64,000 nucleotides of DNA. It comes from an uncultured Candidatus Saccharibacteria bacterium. Its GTDB lineage: Bacteria; Patescibacteriota; Minisyncoccia; Phycocordibacterales; PALSA-1337. Below, one piece after another: positions 48,669 through 58,044 of the stretch. The position numbers and the translations under genes were made by a program. Where the stretch lies: positions 31-64,030 of the forward strand of contig CAYPPJ010000006.1 in NCBI GenBank assembly GCA_964412585.1, read 5' to 3'. The notes beneath the pieces were generated by a model. The model worked only from the letters and a program-made list of their open reading frames with translations, was not told the DNA's origin and searched no databases. Within the stretch, counting starts at the first letter, position 1; every line of letters begins with the position of its first letter.

Positions 48669-50021
48669 CTACAACCCCTGCAACGGATCAATCATAGTTC
48701 GTTGGATGTTGTCTGCTTTTGCAATCACACTATTACCATACGAAGCAATGAGAGACGAGGCGCTACAGGATTTGCCAGAATAGTACTTGCAAGCTGCGTT
48801 TCGCTCTGATGAATAGGTGCCACCTGAAGCTCCTAGGTCTCCCAAATAGATTGATGAGGCCATGAACGCATGCGATGGATTCCATGGATCAGGAATACCT
48901 GAGATGCCTAGATTGGCCGCAATACGATCCTCAAATAGTACCCACGTTGAAGCAATAAACTGCGCAGGACCCATCGCACCACCCCAGCCGACTGATTGAG
49001 GACATGAAACGACCTGCTTCATCGGATCTCCTCCGAGTTTTTTCACAATATCAATAAATGGTTCCACATCACGCCCCGGCTTCATAACTTTTGCAACATA
49101 AGAACCAGTTTTTTTACTGATACCTTCACCTGTTTGTGTATTGGTCAGGTAGCATGCGCCGACATTTGCTCCCAACGCGGACTCTTGGGTCAGAATGGCT
49201 AATACGAAGGCTGGTCTAACGCCTGTCTTTGCAGCAGCTGCCTGCGCATACTTGAGCGCATCGCCAAATGGAATTGGATTGGAGTCACGCAACTGGAACA
49301 ATGCGGCACGTATCTGGGAGGCACGTGCGCGCTTCTCAGCAAGAACAGCTGAATACGCTTTTTCATTGCCTTTGCTTGCGGCTAAGAGACGCTGTTTCTC
49401 AGCCTCATTTGCCTTAATACTCTTTTCTTCTTGCTGGATAATATAACGAGCATCTGTCTCTGCGTTTTTGCGTTTATCAAGCGTACTTTTTTCTGCCTCA
49501 GTCTCTGACTTATCCGATCGGATCCGTTCAAAGGTAGTCTTGAGACCCTCTTGCACTGATTGGAACGAATCAAGATCTGTAAAAAATCCAGTCAGCGTCG
49601 TCTGAGACAAAAGCATTTCAGGCAGTGTATATGTCCCCGCCTCATTGGTCTTGCGCATAATCTGTGCCAAGGTATCTCGTCCACGATCAATACGATCTTC
49701 CAGTTTCCCAATATATACCTCTTTATTTTTTATATCTTTTCCGAGGCTTTCAATAAGCAAATTTTTTGCCTTGATGTTGAGCTGAGCAACTTTGATTTTT
49801 GCCGACAACACGGAAATATCTTTTTGCAATGACGAACTCTGTCCCTGGGCTGAAGCAAGGTCTTTTTCAGCCTGTTTCTGGTCGGCTTCAACCTGTGCCA
49901 ATTCACGTTCTAGTTGTGCTTTTTGTTCAGGAGTAAGAACCTGGGCATGTAGAGGTGCAAAAAATGCCATAAGTGACAATATTAAAACCGCCAGGATGTA
50001 GATTCGTTGCCTGATGTTCAT
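48669..50021 (-). CDS. Coiled-coil protein with C-terminal lytic murein transglycosylase-like domain
   Basis: Signal peptide, long coiled coil, LAILTQES, GGAMGPAQFIASTW, DPWN...A..YL. Confidence 0.85.
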   Translation of the reverse strand: MNIRQRIYILAVLILSLMAFFAPLHAQVLTPEQKAQLERELAQVEADQKQAEKDLASAQGQSSSLQKDISVLSAKIKVAQLNIKAKNLLIESLGKDIKNKEVYIGKLEDRIDRGRDTLAQIMRKTNEAGTYTLPEMLLSQTTLTGFFTDLDSFQSVQEGLKTTFERIRSDKSETEAEKSTLDKRKNAETDARYIIQQEEKSIKANEAEKQRLLAASKGNEKAYSAVLAEKRARASQIRAALFQLRDSNPIPFGDALKYAQAAAAKTGVRPAFVLAILTQESALGANVGACYLTNTQTGEGISKKTGSYVAKVMKPGRDVEPFIDIVKKLGGDPMKQVVSCPQSVGWGGAMGPAQFIASTWVLFEDRIAANLGISGIPDPWNPSHAFMASSIYLGDLGASGGTYSSERNAACKYYSGKSCSASSLIASYGNSVIAKADNIQRTMIDPLQGL

Positions 50022-50086
50022 GTATGGTAAGTATAGCAAAAAGCGCACCGACGTGCGCCTTTTGTGATGACGTATGATGTGGTGAA

Positions 50087-50773
50087 TTATTTCTTGTCAG
50101 CCTTCTTTTCTGCCTTTGCATCTGCAGCTGGAGCAGCTCCCGCCTCACCTTCGACCTCTTCCTTACCCTTCTTTTCAACTTCGATAGCTGACATGTCGAT
50201 AGCTGTTGGCGCTTCTTCGACTTCTTCCTTTGCAACTGCAATAGATGCGATAACTTCCTCTGGATTGATCTTGAGCTCAACACCTTTTGGAAGTACAAGG
50301 TCTTTTGCCTTGATGACATCAGTAAGCTCAACAAGCTTCGAAATATCAACAGTGAGATCATGTGGAAGATCGCGAGGAGCAGCCTCGATCTCAATCTCAC
50401 GATGAACTTTGACGAGAATGCCTGCCTTGTCCTTTACGGCCGGAGAAACGCCTGTAAAGTCCAATGGGACAGAAACCTCTACTTTCTTTCCCTTTTCGAT
50501 AACATAAAAATCAGCATGGCGAACCTCACCGGAAAGTGGATGGATATCTACCTCGTGGATGAGAGTCTCATGCTCAGTACCAGCGGCATCTTTGAGAATG
50601 ACGACTGAGGATTCACCTGCCTTTTTCCAGACCTTCGTAAACTCCTTGGCGTTCAACGTTATCGAAGTTGACGCCTCTTTTGGGCCGTAAAAAACAGCCG
50701 GCATCTTGCCTGCGGCCCTGATAGCTTCGAGCTTATCGGTCGAAACGCGCTTTTCTGCGGTTAATGACAACAT
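50087..50773 (-). CDS. rplY: 50S ribosomal protein L25 (Ctc form)
   Basis: IRAAGKMPAVFYG, HADFY, VSVPLDFTG and acidic tail. Confidence 0.95.
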   Translation of the reverse strand: MLSLTAEKRVSTDKLEAIRAAGKMPAVFYGPKEASTSITLNAKEFTKVWKKAGESSVVILKDAAGTEHETLIHEVDIHPLSGEVRHADFYVIEKGKKVEVSVPLDFTGVSPAVKDKAGILVKVHREIEIEAAPRDLPHDLTVDISKLVELTDVIKAKDLVLPKGVELKINPEEVIASIAVAKEEVEEAPTAIDMSAIEVEKKGKEEVEGEAGAAPAADAKAEKKADKK

Positions 50774-50778
50774 GCGGA

Positions 50779-51735
50779 CTATCTTACACTAATTGGTGGA
50801 AAAAGCAACCCGCGAGCCATGCGAGCGGAGCCGGGGTCGTATGACACCAACCCGCGAGCCATGCGAGCGGAGCCGTCCTCCAGGGTGAGGGCAACCCGCG
50901 AGCCATGCGAGGCAGGCTGGGGTTGCATGGCACCAACCACGTGTTCTGGGATACCAGCAAGATAAATCTCGTTAAGTTGCGATAGTGTTAGTGGCGTCTG
51001 AAACACTCCAACATCATCAATCATTCCTTGAAAAAAGAATATCCCTGCATATGCGTACCCAATCCTCGTAAACTGGGGTTGTGGTCCACAGGTATATGCG
51101 GGGACCCCGGCAGCAGTTACATCCCTTCCATTCACATACAAGGTCGCTTTTGTTCCCTCGACTATGATTGCGACATGCTGCCACTTATTGAGACTCAACA
51201 CACCGGTATTGCTAGAAAATGTGAGCGATTCACAAACATATTGGATACCAGCATTTGCATTTATACTAAAACCAGTATTACCTCCTCCTGTCCCCATGAA
51301 GCCGCGTACACCAGAAAACAACGTCGGGTATATCCACGCCATATACGTAAACGAGACCGGCGATGGGTAAACGGATGGAGGATTTGGGTTGATATCAACA
51401 AAGCTTGAAGACCCGTTAAAACTCAACGCATATCCAGTACCTGATGGCGTCGTTGCAACATATCCGTATGGTGACACCATACTTGTTGGCGATCCGTGCC
51501 GCTTGTATATAGACGCGTCTAGTGCCTGACCTGACCCCGTATTAAAATCATACCAACCAAATGCTGTAAGCGACAATAATCTATATACAGCCGATGAAAA
51601 AGATTGGCCTGCGGAGATCTGGGCTTTGTCTCGAACACCACTCAGTGCAACAAGCACCACTGACGAGAGCATGCTAATAATGGAAATCACCACCAGAAGC
51701 TCAATCAATGTGAAGCCTGTAGTGTATCGTTTCAT
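50779..51735 (-). CDS. Type IV pilin N-terminal methylation motif + LamG-like domain protein (C-terminus extended by repeats)
   Basis: GFTLIELLVVISII, WQHVA, LYVNG, GMIDDV. Confidence 0.85.
   Translation of the reverse strand: MKRYTTGFTLIELLVVISIISMLSSVVLVALSGVRDKAQISAGQSFSSAVYRLLSLTAFGWYDFNTGSGQALDASIYKRHGSPTSMVSPYGYVATTPSGTGYALSFNGSSSFVDINPNPPSVYPSPVSFTYMAWIYPTLFSGVRGFMGTGGGNTGFSINANAGIQYVCESLTFSSNTGVLSLNKWQHVAIIVEGTKATLYVNGRDVTAAGVPAYTCGPQPQFTRIGYAYAGIFFFQGMIDDVGVFQTPLTLSQLNEIYLAGIPEHVVGAMQPQPASHGSRVALTLEDGSARMARGLVSYDPGSARMARGLLFPPISVR
50806..50927. repeat. Three tandem REP-like units CAACCCGCGAGCCATGCGAG(CGGAGCCG)
   Basis: Copies start at 50806, 50848 and 50892; each is closed by ACCC/GGGT pairing. 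Confidence 0.85.
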
Positions 51736-51818
51736 TGAGTATTAAAATCAAACGCACGTAAACTTATCGCTCATATACAAGAGTAAATGCTGCGTTGTGG
51801 CGAATTTTCATCACAGCA

Positions 51819-52619
51819 TTATTGTAGCGCAAGTTGATGATTATTTCGACCTTCTGCATATATTGCCCGCACCTCCATAGCGGTCAATGATTCGGCAAAA
51901 ATCTGCACGTCGTCAATCAGGCCTTTAAATTTATAATTATTTGTCATGCCATTACCAATGGTAAAATCTTGTAACTGAAACAGGCTATTGGAAGTTGCGA
52001 CACTGCCTATCAATTTACCATCTATGTACATTGAGAGTTGACCGGATTTGGTGTCAAAATTGCAAAAAATATGATGCCATTTACTATCATAGATAAGAGC
52101 ATTGGGAACTGCGACACCAAATTGCTGCCAACATGTTGTGTTCGTGCCATTGTGATATATTTGCCGTCCACTACCATCATTATTAAATACAAGTAAATAT
52201 TCATACGATACGCCCGAATCGAGCGCGGCATTGTTTCGGTTAACCCAAAGTGAATATGCATAACTGGCATTTGAAAGTGTACGTGGTATTGATGGAGTAT
52301 ACGTTAGACGATTCACCTGATTCTGGGCATCAAAAGCTGAACCGGCGGAAAAGCTCGAAACGCGACCAATCGATACTGCTGTCGTAAAATTGTTCGATTG
52401 ATCAAGAGGTGCACCTGAGCCCTCATTGAAGTTCGCAAAGAAGATCATATCCGAACCAAGTTTATGATAGTTGTATGTCGCAAAAGTAACAATACTCCCT
52501 ATTCTTCCTTTATCACGCGCACCTTGTAGTGCCACCAACACAACTGATGACAACATGCTGATAATCGATAGGACCACCAGTAATTCAACAAGAGTAAAGG
52601 CTTTGGTATATCGTTTCAT
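51819..52619 (-). CDS. Type IV pilin N-terminal motif + LamG-like domain protein
   Basis: AFTLVELLVVLSII, KWHHI, MYIDG, GLIDDV. Confidence 0.85.
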   Translation of the reverse strand: MKRYTKAFTLVELLVVLSIISMLSSVVLVALQGARDKGRIGSIVTFATYNYHKLGSDMIFFANFNEGSGAPLDQSNNFTTAVSIGRVSSFSAGSAFDAQNQVNRLTYTPSIPRTLSNASYAYSLWVNRNNAALDSGVSYEYLLVFNNDGSGRQIYHNGTNTTCWQQFGVAVPNALIYDSKWHHIFCNFDTKSGQLSMYIDGKLIGSVATSNSLFQLQDFTIGNGMTNNYKFKGLIDDVQIFAESLTAMEVRAIYAEGRNNHQLALQ

Positions 52620-52622
52620 TTT

Positions 52623-53498
52623 TTACTGTGCTTCAGCAAGTGTGTGTGTTGGTAAGCCGGCTGCATACATACGCTCAATGTCAGAAGCGGCGAGTGATTG
52701 CGTATATATAGCAACATCATCGATACCACCCTTGAAGGTCTGCGACGCACCATTGTTTAAGTAACCAAGACGGACACACGAAACACGCCTACTTACTCCC
52801 GTAGCACTGGCAAGCATAGGCCCTGGTATTTTTTTGCCATTTACGAAAAACGTGTGTGTGTTACTGGTTGCATTATATGTATAGGCCACATGAGTCCACT
52901 TTGCTTTTGGAATATAGCCGGTTCCGTCATACCACTGGTTGGATCCAACGCCACCATTATAAATGGCGACCTGAACTCCACTCGTAGCAGCAAACCAATA
53001 CAAGCTCGCTAAACGATTGTTCACATCACCACAGTTTGTCGTAATATCACTATAAAAAATCCATCCGTCAGCAGATGTCAAACTCGGCTTGACCCACATC
53101 GAGACTGTGTAGTTCGAAAATGTATTGTCGGGCATTTGTGCAGCAAGTGCAAACTGGCCTCCAACATTTGTACCAAGACCATCCAGTACGTACGATTGAC
53201 CAGCACCGTTTGGATTATCTGTCGTCGAGAAAGTTCCTGCTGCACCATTGGTTCCAACAAAAGCATATTGTGACTGATTGACTAGGGCACCTTTATTGAA
53301 GTCGGAATAGAGTATCGCATCTGCACCAAATGCATGATAGGTATAGCCAGAGAATCGTACCCCCGCACTTACCTGTCCTTTGTCTCTTGCCCCTTGGATA
53401 GCCACCAACACCACTGACGCAAGCATCGAGATAATCGACATAACCACTAGAAGTTCGACGAGAGTGAATGCTTTTGCATCAAGACGACGGTGGATCAT
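52623..53498 (-). CDS. Type IV pilin N-terminal motif + LamG-like domain protein
   Basis: AFTLVELLVVMSII, SMWVKP, WTHVAYTY, GGIDDVAIY. Confidence 0.85.
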   Translation of the reverse strand: MIHRRLDAKAFTLVELLVVMSIISMLASVVLVAIQGARDKGQVSAGVRFSGYTYHAFGADAILYSDFNKGALVNQSQYAFVGTNGAAGTFSTTDNPNGAGQSYVLDGLGTNVGGQFALAAQMPDNTFSNYTVSMWVKPSLTSADGWIFYSDITTNCGDVNNRLASLYWFAATSGVQVAIYNGGVGSNQWYDGTGYIPKAKWTHVAYTYNATSNTHTFFVNGKKIPGPMLASATGVSRRVSCVRLGYLNNGASQTFKGGIDDVAIYTQSLAASDIERMYAAGLPTHTLAEAQ

Positions 53499-53507
53499 GG
53501 GATAAGA

Positions 53508-53630
53508 TTAGAGAGCAAAATATCGAAGCATTATAAAGGTGGTAATAATATTCGCAACAAAAGCCAAGATCAGCACAATATATATTGAGCGCGGCAGTTT
53601 CGCCGTGTGAGCACGAGTATGTATCTTCAT
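53508..53630 (-). CDS. Small membrane protein (40 aa)
   Basis: MKIHTRAHTAKLPRSIYIVLILAFVANIITTFIMLRYFAL; 4-nt overlap with the upstream stop. Confidence 0.5.
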   Translation of the reverse strand: MKIHTRAHTAKLPRSIYIVLILAFVANIITTFIMLRYFAL

Positions 53631-53881
53631 AAGATGTATGAAATAATGAAATAAGTAATTGCTATATTGATAAGTATAATGATAATAAGTATCCCTTGCG
53701 CAGCAGCAGGGGTCGTAGCGAACCCTTTTTTCATGAGCCATTGGACCATCTTTGGATCATTCCGATTTATAACGGGAGCTCCACCTCCACCAAAAGATGG
53801 GGGTGCAGAAAAACCGCCAGGAGCTGGTCGTTGCGGCGTATAATTAAATTTGTCTTCTTCAAATTCTACTCCTGAGGACAT
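53627..53881 (-). CDS. Small membrane protein
   Basis: MSSGVEFEED...MVQWLMKKG...A.GILI with C-terminal TM. Confidence 0.65.
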   Translation of the reverse strand: MSSGVEFEEDKFNYTPQRPAPGGFSAPPSFGGGGAPVINRNDPKMVQWLMKKGFATTPAAAQGILIIIILINIAITYFIISYIL

Positions 53882-53973
53882 AATATAGATCTGTTTAGCT
53901 GACATCACTCATTATAGCAGAATACTGCCCTAGATACGCCACCAATGTGGACAACCAGGCCCTTCATAGGTAT

Positions 53974-54837
53974 CTAAATACCGTTGATAATCCTCAGTTT
54001 TTCTTCTACTACTTTTTGCATAGCTAGCTTTGCTGGCTTGAGAAATTTGTACGGAGCAACCTCATCCCCATCGTTGGAAAGTGACTTGAGTAGACCTGAG
54101 CGGTATGCGATGCGTAGCTCAGTATTAACATGAACAATAGCCACACCAGCTTTGACTGCCGCACGAATATCCTCCGCAGAATTGCCCGATGCGCCATGAA
54201 GGACAAGAGGAACTCCTGTGGCCATAGAAATTTCTTTGACCCGGGCGATATTGAGAGCTGGGTCACCACCGCGGACAACCCCGTGAATATTCCCGACCGC
54301 TGGCGCCAAGAGGTCCACACCCGTCTCTTTGACAAACTGGGCCGCAACCTCTGGTTTGGTCATATTGGTATCACCAACGACTGCCCCGTCCGGAATCGCA
54401 TCCAATATTTTTGATGATGTTCCAATAAAGCCGAGTTCGCCCTCGACGATCACATCTCGACCTGATTTTTTGGCAAACTCAACACATTTGTGTGCGATTG
54501 AGACATTTTCCTCAAAAGAAAGTTGTGCGCCATCAAAAATCACCGCATCAAATCCTGCTGTTATCGCTTCTTTGACACGCTCAAATGAATATGTGTGATC
54601 TGCATTCAAGAAAATGGGCTGACCGCGATGTTCGCGAACACTTTTTACCACCGCAGTAATCTCATTGACCCCCACATAGTCACGTTCGCCTTCTGAAACA
54701 CCAATGATGACAGGTAGATTGAGTTCCTTGGCCGCATCGACAACTGCCCATACACCATCGAGAGTAGAAACATTAAAATGACCAATAGCGACGTGTTTTG
54801 ACTGCGCATCTTTTATATATTCGCGAAGTGTTTTCAT
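53974..54837 (-). CDS. fba: Class II fructose-bisphosphate aldolase
   Basis: AIGHFN, LNADH, VEGELG.IG, LAPAVGNIHG, LVLHGASG, VNTE. Confidence 0.93.
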   Translation of the reverse strand: MKTLREYIKDAQSKHVAIGHFNVSTLDGVWAVVDAAKELNLPVIIGVSEGERDYVGVNEITAVVKSVREHRGQPIFLNADHTYSFERVKEAITAGFDAVIFDGAQLSFEENVSIAHKCVEFAKKSGRDVIVEGELGFIGTSSKILDAIPDGAVVGDTNMTKPEVAAQFVKETGVDLLAPAVGNIHGVVRGGDPALNIARVKEISMATGVPLVLHGASGNSAEDIRAAVKAGVAIVHVNTELRIAYRSGLLKSLSNDGDEVAPYKFLKPAKLAMQKVVEEKLRIINGI

Positions 54838-54903
54838 AGTGAAAAAGCGATTAGTAATCTCCGTGTGCATAATTGTACCACACAACAATGATATAATACT
54901 TCC

Positions 54904-55899
54904 ATGTTCCACAGACCTCTTGACCTCATCACTATCGGCGACATCACCACCGATGCGTTCATCAAACTCAAAGAAGCAGAGGTGCACTGCAAGATTGACC
55001 ACAATACCTGCGAGATTTGCATGTCTTTTGGCGATAAAATCCCTTTTGAAAGTGCCAAGATCGTCAAGGGTGTAGGTAATGCGGCAAATGCAGCTGTTGC
55101 GGGTGCCCGACTCGGTCTGCGTACGGCACTGGTTGCAAACATTGGCACAGACCTCAATGGTCAGGAGTGCATGAATTCACTTCAGCACAATCATGTAGTC
55201 ACGTCATATATCAGGAAAAATGAAGGCAAGGCCACCAATTATCATTATGTCTTATGTTATGGCGCTGAGCGAACAATACTAGTCAATCATGTCGACTATG
55301 ACTACAAGCTGCCGAAATTACCAGAGGCACGATGGATCTATCTAACGTCATTGGCTTCAAATACTTTTCCATATCATATGGCAGTTGCCGACTATATCGA
55401 GGCTCACCCACAGATGCGTGTGGCTTTCCAACCTGGCACATTCCAAATGAAGCTTGGCTTTGATGAATTGAAACGTATCTACTCACGAACAGATGTTTTT
55501 ATCGTAAATGTCGAAGAAGCACAGCGCATGCTCAATACCGATTCACACGACGTAAAGTTACTAATGTCCAAGCTGCACAATTTTGGACCAAAGCTCATTC
55601 TGGTAACTGATGGTCCGAAAGGGGCCTATATGTTCGATGGCGACCACCACTATTTCATGCCAATCTATCCGGATCCAAAACCACCCACTCAGCGTACTGG
55701 ATGTGGCGACGCATTTGCCTCAACCTTCGTCTCCGCTCTCGCTATGGGTAAATCACCTCTAGAAGCCCTGACTTGGGCACCAGTCAATCCGATGTCAGTC
55801 GCACAGTTCGTTGGCGCACAAGAAGGGTTACTTACTCTCGAACAACTTGAATGGTGGCTTAAAAAAGCACCGGCAGATTATCGGGTCAAAGAGATTTAG
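54904..55899 (+). CDS. PfkB family carbohydrate kinase
   Basis: GNAANAAV..ARLG, VNVEEA, VTDGPKGA, TGCGDAF. Confidence 0.9.
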   Translation: MFHRPLDLITIGDITTDAFIKLKEAEVHCKIDHNTCEICMSFGDKIPFESAKIVKGVGNAANAAVAGARLGLRTALVANIGTDLNGQECMNSLQHNHVVTSYIRKNEGKATNYHYVLCYGAERTILVNHVDYDYKLPKLPEARWIYLTSLASNTFPYHMAVADYIEAHPQMRVAFQPGTFQMKLGFDELKRIYSRTDVFIVNVEEAQRMLNTDSHDVKLLMSKLHNFGPKLILVTDGPKGAYMFDGDHHYFMPIYPDPKPPTQRTGCGDAFASTFVSALAMGKSPLEALTWAPVNPMSVAQFVGAQEGLLTLEQLEWWLKKAPADYRVKEI

Positions 55900-57254
55900 G
55901 TATGCAATCGCCTGAATTCACCCCACTTCCCTTCAACAATCGCTTTTCGTGCATTTTTTACCAGATGCACCAAGAAATAGAGGTTGTGTATTGAAGTTAA
56001 TGTGGCGGCCAGCATTTCTTTGGCACGGAAAAGATGTGCAAGGTACGCCTTTGTATAGTTGGTGCAGGTATAACAACCACAGTCCTTTTCTATAGACGTA
56101 AAATCAGAGACAAACTGTGCATTGAATAAATTAATTCGGCCTCCTTTTATATATGCCGCTCCGTTGCGAGCGATACGTGTAGGCGCGACGCAATCGAAGG
56201 TGTCAATACCATTCTCAATTCCTAAAATGAGATCCTCGGGTTCGCCAATACCCAGGAGGTGACGTGGCTTATTCTCAGGCAATTCTTCGCAGACCCAGCC
56301 GACTGCGGTTCCAATGTCATCTTTATCAAATGAACCACCGATACCAAACCCGTCGAAATCCATTGAACCAATTGTTTTGGCAGAATGTCTACGTAGATCT
56401 TCGTGACGACCGCCCTGAACGATGCCAAATAAGGCGGACGTGCGAGACAAGATTTTTCTGGACACGCCGTCGACGCGTGGTCGCGTCGCGGCTGGTTCTC
56501 CCTCGCCTTCGCTCGGTCCGAAGCGTCCAGAAAAACTGTCTCCCACGTCCGCCTTTCGGTGTGCATCCAAACAACGCTGCGCCCAGGCATGAGTACGTTC
56601 AACAGCTGCTTTCTGCTTCTCATACGACTCCTGCGGTGAGAGACATTCATCAAATGCAAAAATAATGTCGGCACCAATGGCGTGCTGGATTTCAATGGAG
56701 CGTTCAGGAGTGAAGCGGTGCGTTGAACCATCGATGATTGATTTGAAGGTGACGCCATCATCGTCGATTTTGGCTAACTTAACGGACTTAGCTTCGTCGG
56801 ACATGAGTTCTGATACGCGCGTTCCGGCCTGCTGGCCGGCCGCTATGCTCGGCCTCAACGGCCTGTGCAATGTATCAGAACCCATGTCCTTCTTTGCTTC
56901 GTCCGTATCTGTTTGCCGTCCAATCTTCGATCCACCACCAAACGCCGGACCGAGTGAAAATGCTTGGAAGCCTCCCGAGTCCGTGAAGGTCGGGCCCTTC
57001 CAATTCATAAATTTTCCAAGACCTCCGGCTTTTTTGAGGACTTCAGTACCTGGTTGAAGATAGAGATGGTATGTATTCGCAAGAATGGCATCAGCCCCGA
57101 GTGAAGCGACCTGCTCTGGTGTAAGTGACTTTATCGTCGCTTTTGTGCCCACAGGAATAAAGGCGGGAGTCTGAATGTCCCCATGCGGTGTTTTGATGAC
57201 GCCTGCACGGCCCTTTGCGCCAGGAATCTTTGCTTCAATAGAAAATGAGAGCAT
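55896..57254 (-). CDS. tgt: tRNA-guanine transglycosylase with two in-frame palindromic insertions
   Basis: TPAFIPVGT, NTYHL, TDSGGFQ, FGIVQGG, DCVAPTR.ARNG, C.C..C zinc site, HNL. Confidence 0.95.
   Translation of the reverse strand: MLSFSIEAKIPGAKGRAGVIKTPHGDIQTPAFIPVGTKATIKSLTPEQVASLGADAILANTYHLYLQPGTEVLKKAGGLGKFMNWKGPTFTDSGGFQAFSLGPAFGGGSKIGRQTDTDEAKKDMGSDTLHRPLRPSIAAGQQAGTRVSELMSDEAKSVKLAKIDDDGVTFKSIIDGSTHRFTPERSIEIQHAIGADIIFAFDECLSPQESYEKQKAAVERTHAWAQRCLDAHRKADVGDSFSGRFGPSEGEGEPAATRPRVDGVSRKILSRTSALFGIVQGGRHEDLRRHSAKTIGSMDFDGFGIGGSFDKDDIGTAVGWVCEELPENKPRHLLGIGEPEDLILGIENGIDTFDCVAPTRIARNGAAYIKGGRINLFNAQFVSDFTSIEKDCGCYTCTNYTKAYLAHLFRAKEMLAATLTSIHNLYFLVHLVKNARKAIVEGKWGEFRRLHT
56431..56555. 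repeat. Palindromic insertion 2 inside tgt
   Basis: AAGGCGGACGTG.GAGACA...TTTTTCTGGAC / GTCCAGAAAAA.TGTCTC.CACGTCCGCCTT; encodes about 40 extra aa just before LFGIVQGG. Confidence 0.8.
56799..56889. repeat. Palindromic element family A, copy inserted in-frame in tgt
   Basis: GGACATGAGTTCTGATAC / GTATCAGAACCCATGTCC arms; flanked by direct repeat GCTTCGTC (56791 and 56896). Confidence 0.85.
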
Positions 57255-57331
57255 GAGGTAAGAATAGAGAATATCGGCCCAATTAGCAAGAAAATGCGTG
57301 GCTAAGCTTGTTCTGTTATAATGAACACACT

Positions 57332-58021
57332 ATGCATAACGAACATTCACCCATATCGCGCAAGGACGTTCACGCTGATACGACCAAGCATCATCTGGAA
57401 CAGATTAACAAAGAGTTCAAAGATGGTTTTGAGTTTCTAAAGAAATATCCAAAATCAGTCACTATATACGGATCTGCTCGAACAAAACATGACTCAAAAG
57501 AATTCAAGCTCGCCGAGCAGCTCGGACATCGCATTGTAAAAGATCTCAAATATGCGGTCGTCACGGGCGGTGGGCCAGGAACCATGGAAGCTGCTCACAA
57601 AGGTGCCCGCGAAGCTGGTGGGCAAGCAGTCGCGCTTGGCATTTCTCTTCCTCATGAAGCAAACGTCAATCACTACGCCACCGACCGACTCCAATTCACG
57701 TACTTCTTTTCTCGTAAAGCTATGCTCGCGTTCGCTGCAGAAGCATATGTGTTCTTCCCTGGTGGATTTGGAACCTTTGATGAACTGTTCAGCACACTTA
57801 CATTGATCCAGACTCGCAAAGTCCCTTCTGTTCCTGTTATTCTGGTTGGTTCATACTTTTGGAATGACCTCGCCAATTTCATCAATAAGAAAATGTTTGA
57901 GCAACAAGAGGCTATCGCCGACTATGATCGAAACATATTCAAGATAACTGATGACATTGATCAGATTATAGACATCATTCGCACTGCACCAGTTTCAGAA
58001 TGGTGGAGAAATATCAACTAA
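57332..58021 (+). CDS. LOG family (TIGR00730) Rossmann-fold protein
   Basis: VTIYGSAR, TGGGPG.MEA, FFSRK, PGGFGTFDE. Confidence 0.9.
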   Translation: MHNEHSPISRKDVHADTTKHHLEQINKEFKDGFEFLKKYPKSVTIYGSARTKHDSKEFKLAEQLGHRIVKDLKYAVVTGGGPGTMEAAHKGAREAGGQAVALGISLPHEANVNHYATDRLQFTYFFSRKAMLAFAAEAYVFFPGGFGTFDELFSTLTLIQTRKVPSVPVILVGSYFWNDLANFINKKMFEQQEAIADYDRNIFKITDDIDQIIDIIRTAPVSEWWRNIN

Positions 58022-58044
58022 TATTCTTCCTTACAAAAAATCCC

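Noticed and set aside
50806-50927. Mini-CRISPR array
   Set aside because: Only three units, 14-16-nt spacers that pair with the repeats, and no cas genes; it fits REP-like palindromes.
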